NCBI RefSeq assembly: GCF_000186885.1 | Contig: NC_014972.1 | Coordinates: forward strand, 1,020,001-1,052,000 | DNA length: 32,000 nucleotides | Source: Desulfobulbus propionicus DSM 2032 | Lineage (GTDB): Bacteria > Desulfobacterota > Desulfobulbia > Desulfobulbales > Desulfobulbaceae | Reading direction: 5' to 3' | Part shown: positions 31,881-32,000 of the stretch, piece after piece | Numbering within the stretch: position 1 is the stretch's first letter | Layout: each line of letters begins with the position of its first letter | The notes under the pieces: model-generated | The model's database searches: none | Told to the model about the DNA's origin: nothing | The model's input: only the letters and a program-made list of their open reading frames with translations | Made by a program: the position numbers and the translations under genes

Positions 31881-32000
31881 TAAGCCGAAGGCGTGGCCAC
31901 GCTCAATCCTTTTTACGGAAAAGACCGTCCCCAGGTCGCGTTCCGGGAATTTGCGTTGAATAGTTTTGCGTAAGCATGTATTTTTCGTCTTTTTTATTTC
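31881..32000 (-). CDS. Possible C-terminal fragment (40 codons) of a gene entering from the right edge
   Basis: My translation of the minus strand from position 32000 reads ...EIKKTKNTCLRKTIQRKFPERDLGTVFSVKRIERGHAFGL, with stop TAG at 31880..31878. It is not in the ORF track because it is edge-truncated and short. No family is recognised. Confidence 0.2.

Overview
GC-rich bacterial chromosomal segment. Gene content and protein signatures suggest a Desulfobacterota/deltaproteobacterial-type organism, but the taxon cannot be proven from this sequence. Calls rest on my own reading of the ORF translations and the DNA; no database search was run. Most of the window is tightly packed housekeeping: lysS (partial, missing from the ORF track because it runs off the left edge), an RlmD/RumA-type rRNA methyltransferase, an NtrC-family sigma54 enhancer-binding response regulator, a large PAS-PAS-GGDEF-EAL signalling protein, a class I/II aminotransferase, grpE-dnaK, trpS, a secreted cyclophilin-FKBP fusion isomerase, waaA, carA-carB, ftsH-folP, serA, a DUF362 protein and fabL. 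I found no rRNA, tRNA, CRISPR array, transposase, integrase or recognisable defence gene. The only clearly accessory stretch is a visibly AT-richer segment (about 22.47-28.3 kb) between folP and serA. It carries two secreted PEP-CTERM (exosortase-sorted) proteins, one choice-of-anchor-L type and one vWA/MIDAS type, plus a PrsT-like TPR protein. It also holds an unassignable ~650 bp minus-strand unit of short ORFs. No exosortase lies in the window. Other points worth a second look are an inverted pair of REP-like palindromes after ftsH, a catalytically degenerate EAL domain behind an intact GGDEF, Cys-rich sensor modules, weak sigma54-type promoter candidates with a recurring TTGCAAC motif, and an orphan intrinsic terminator in an AT-rich spacer before the DUF362 gene. 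I cannot honestly point to a complete, clearly novel multi-gene system. The PEP-CTERM island and its orphan minus-strand unit are the best leads.
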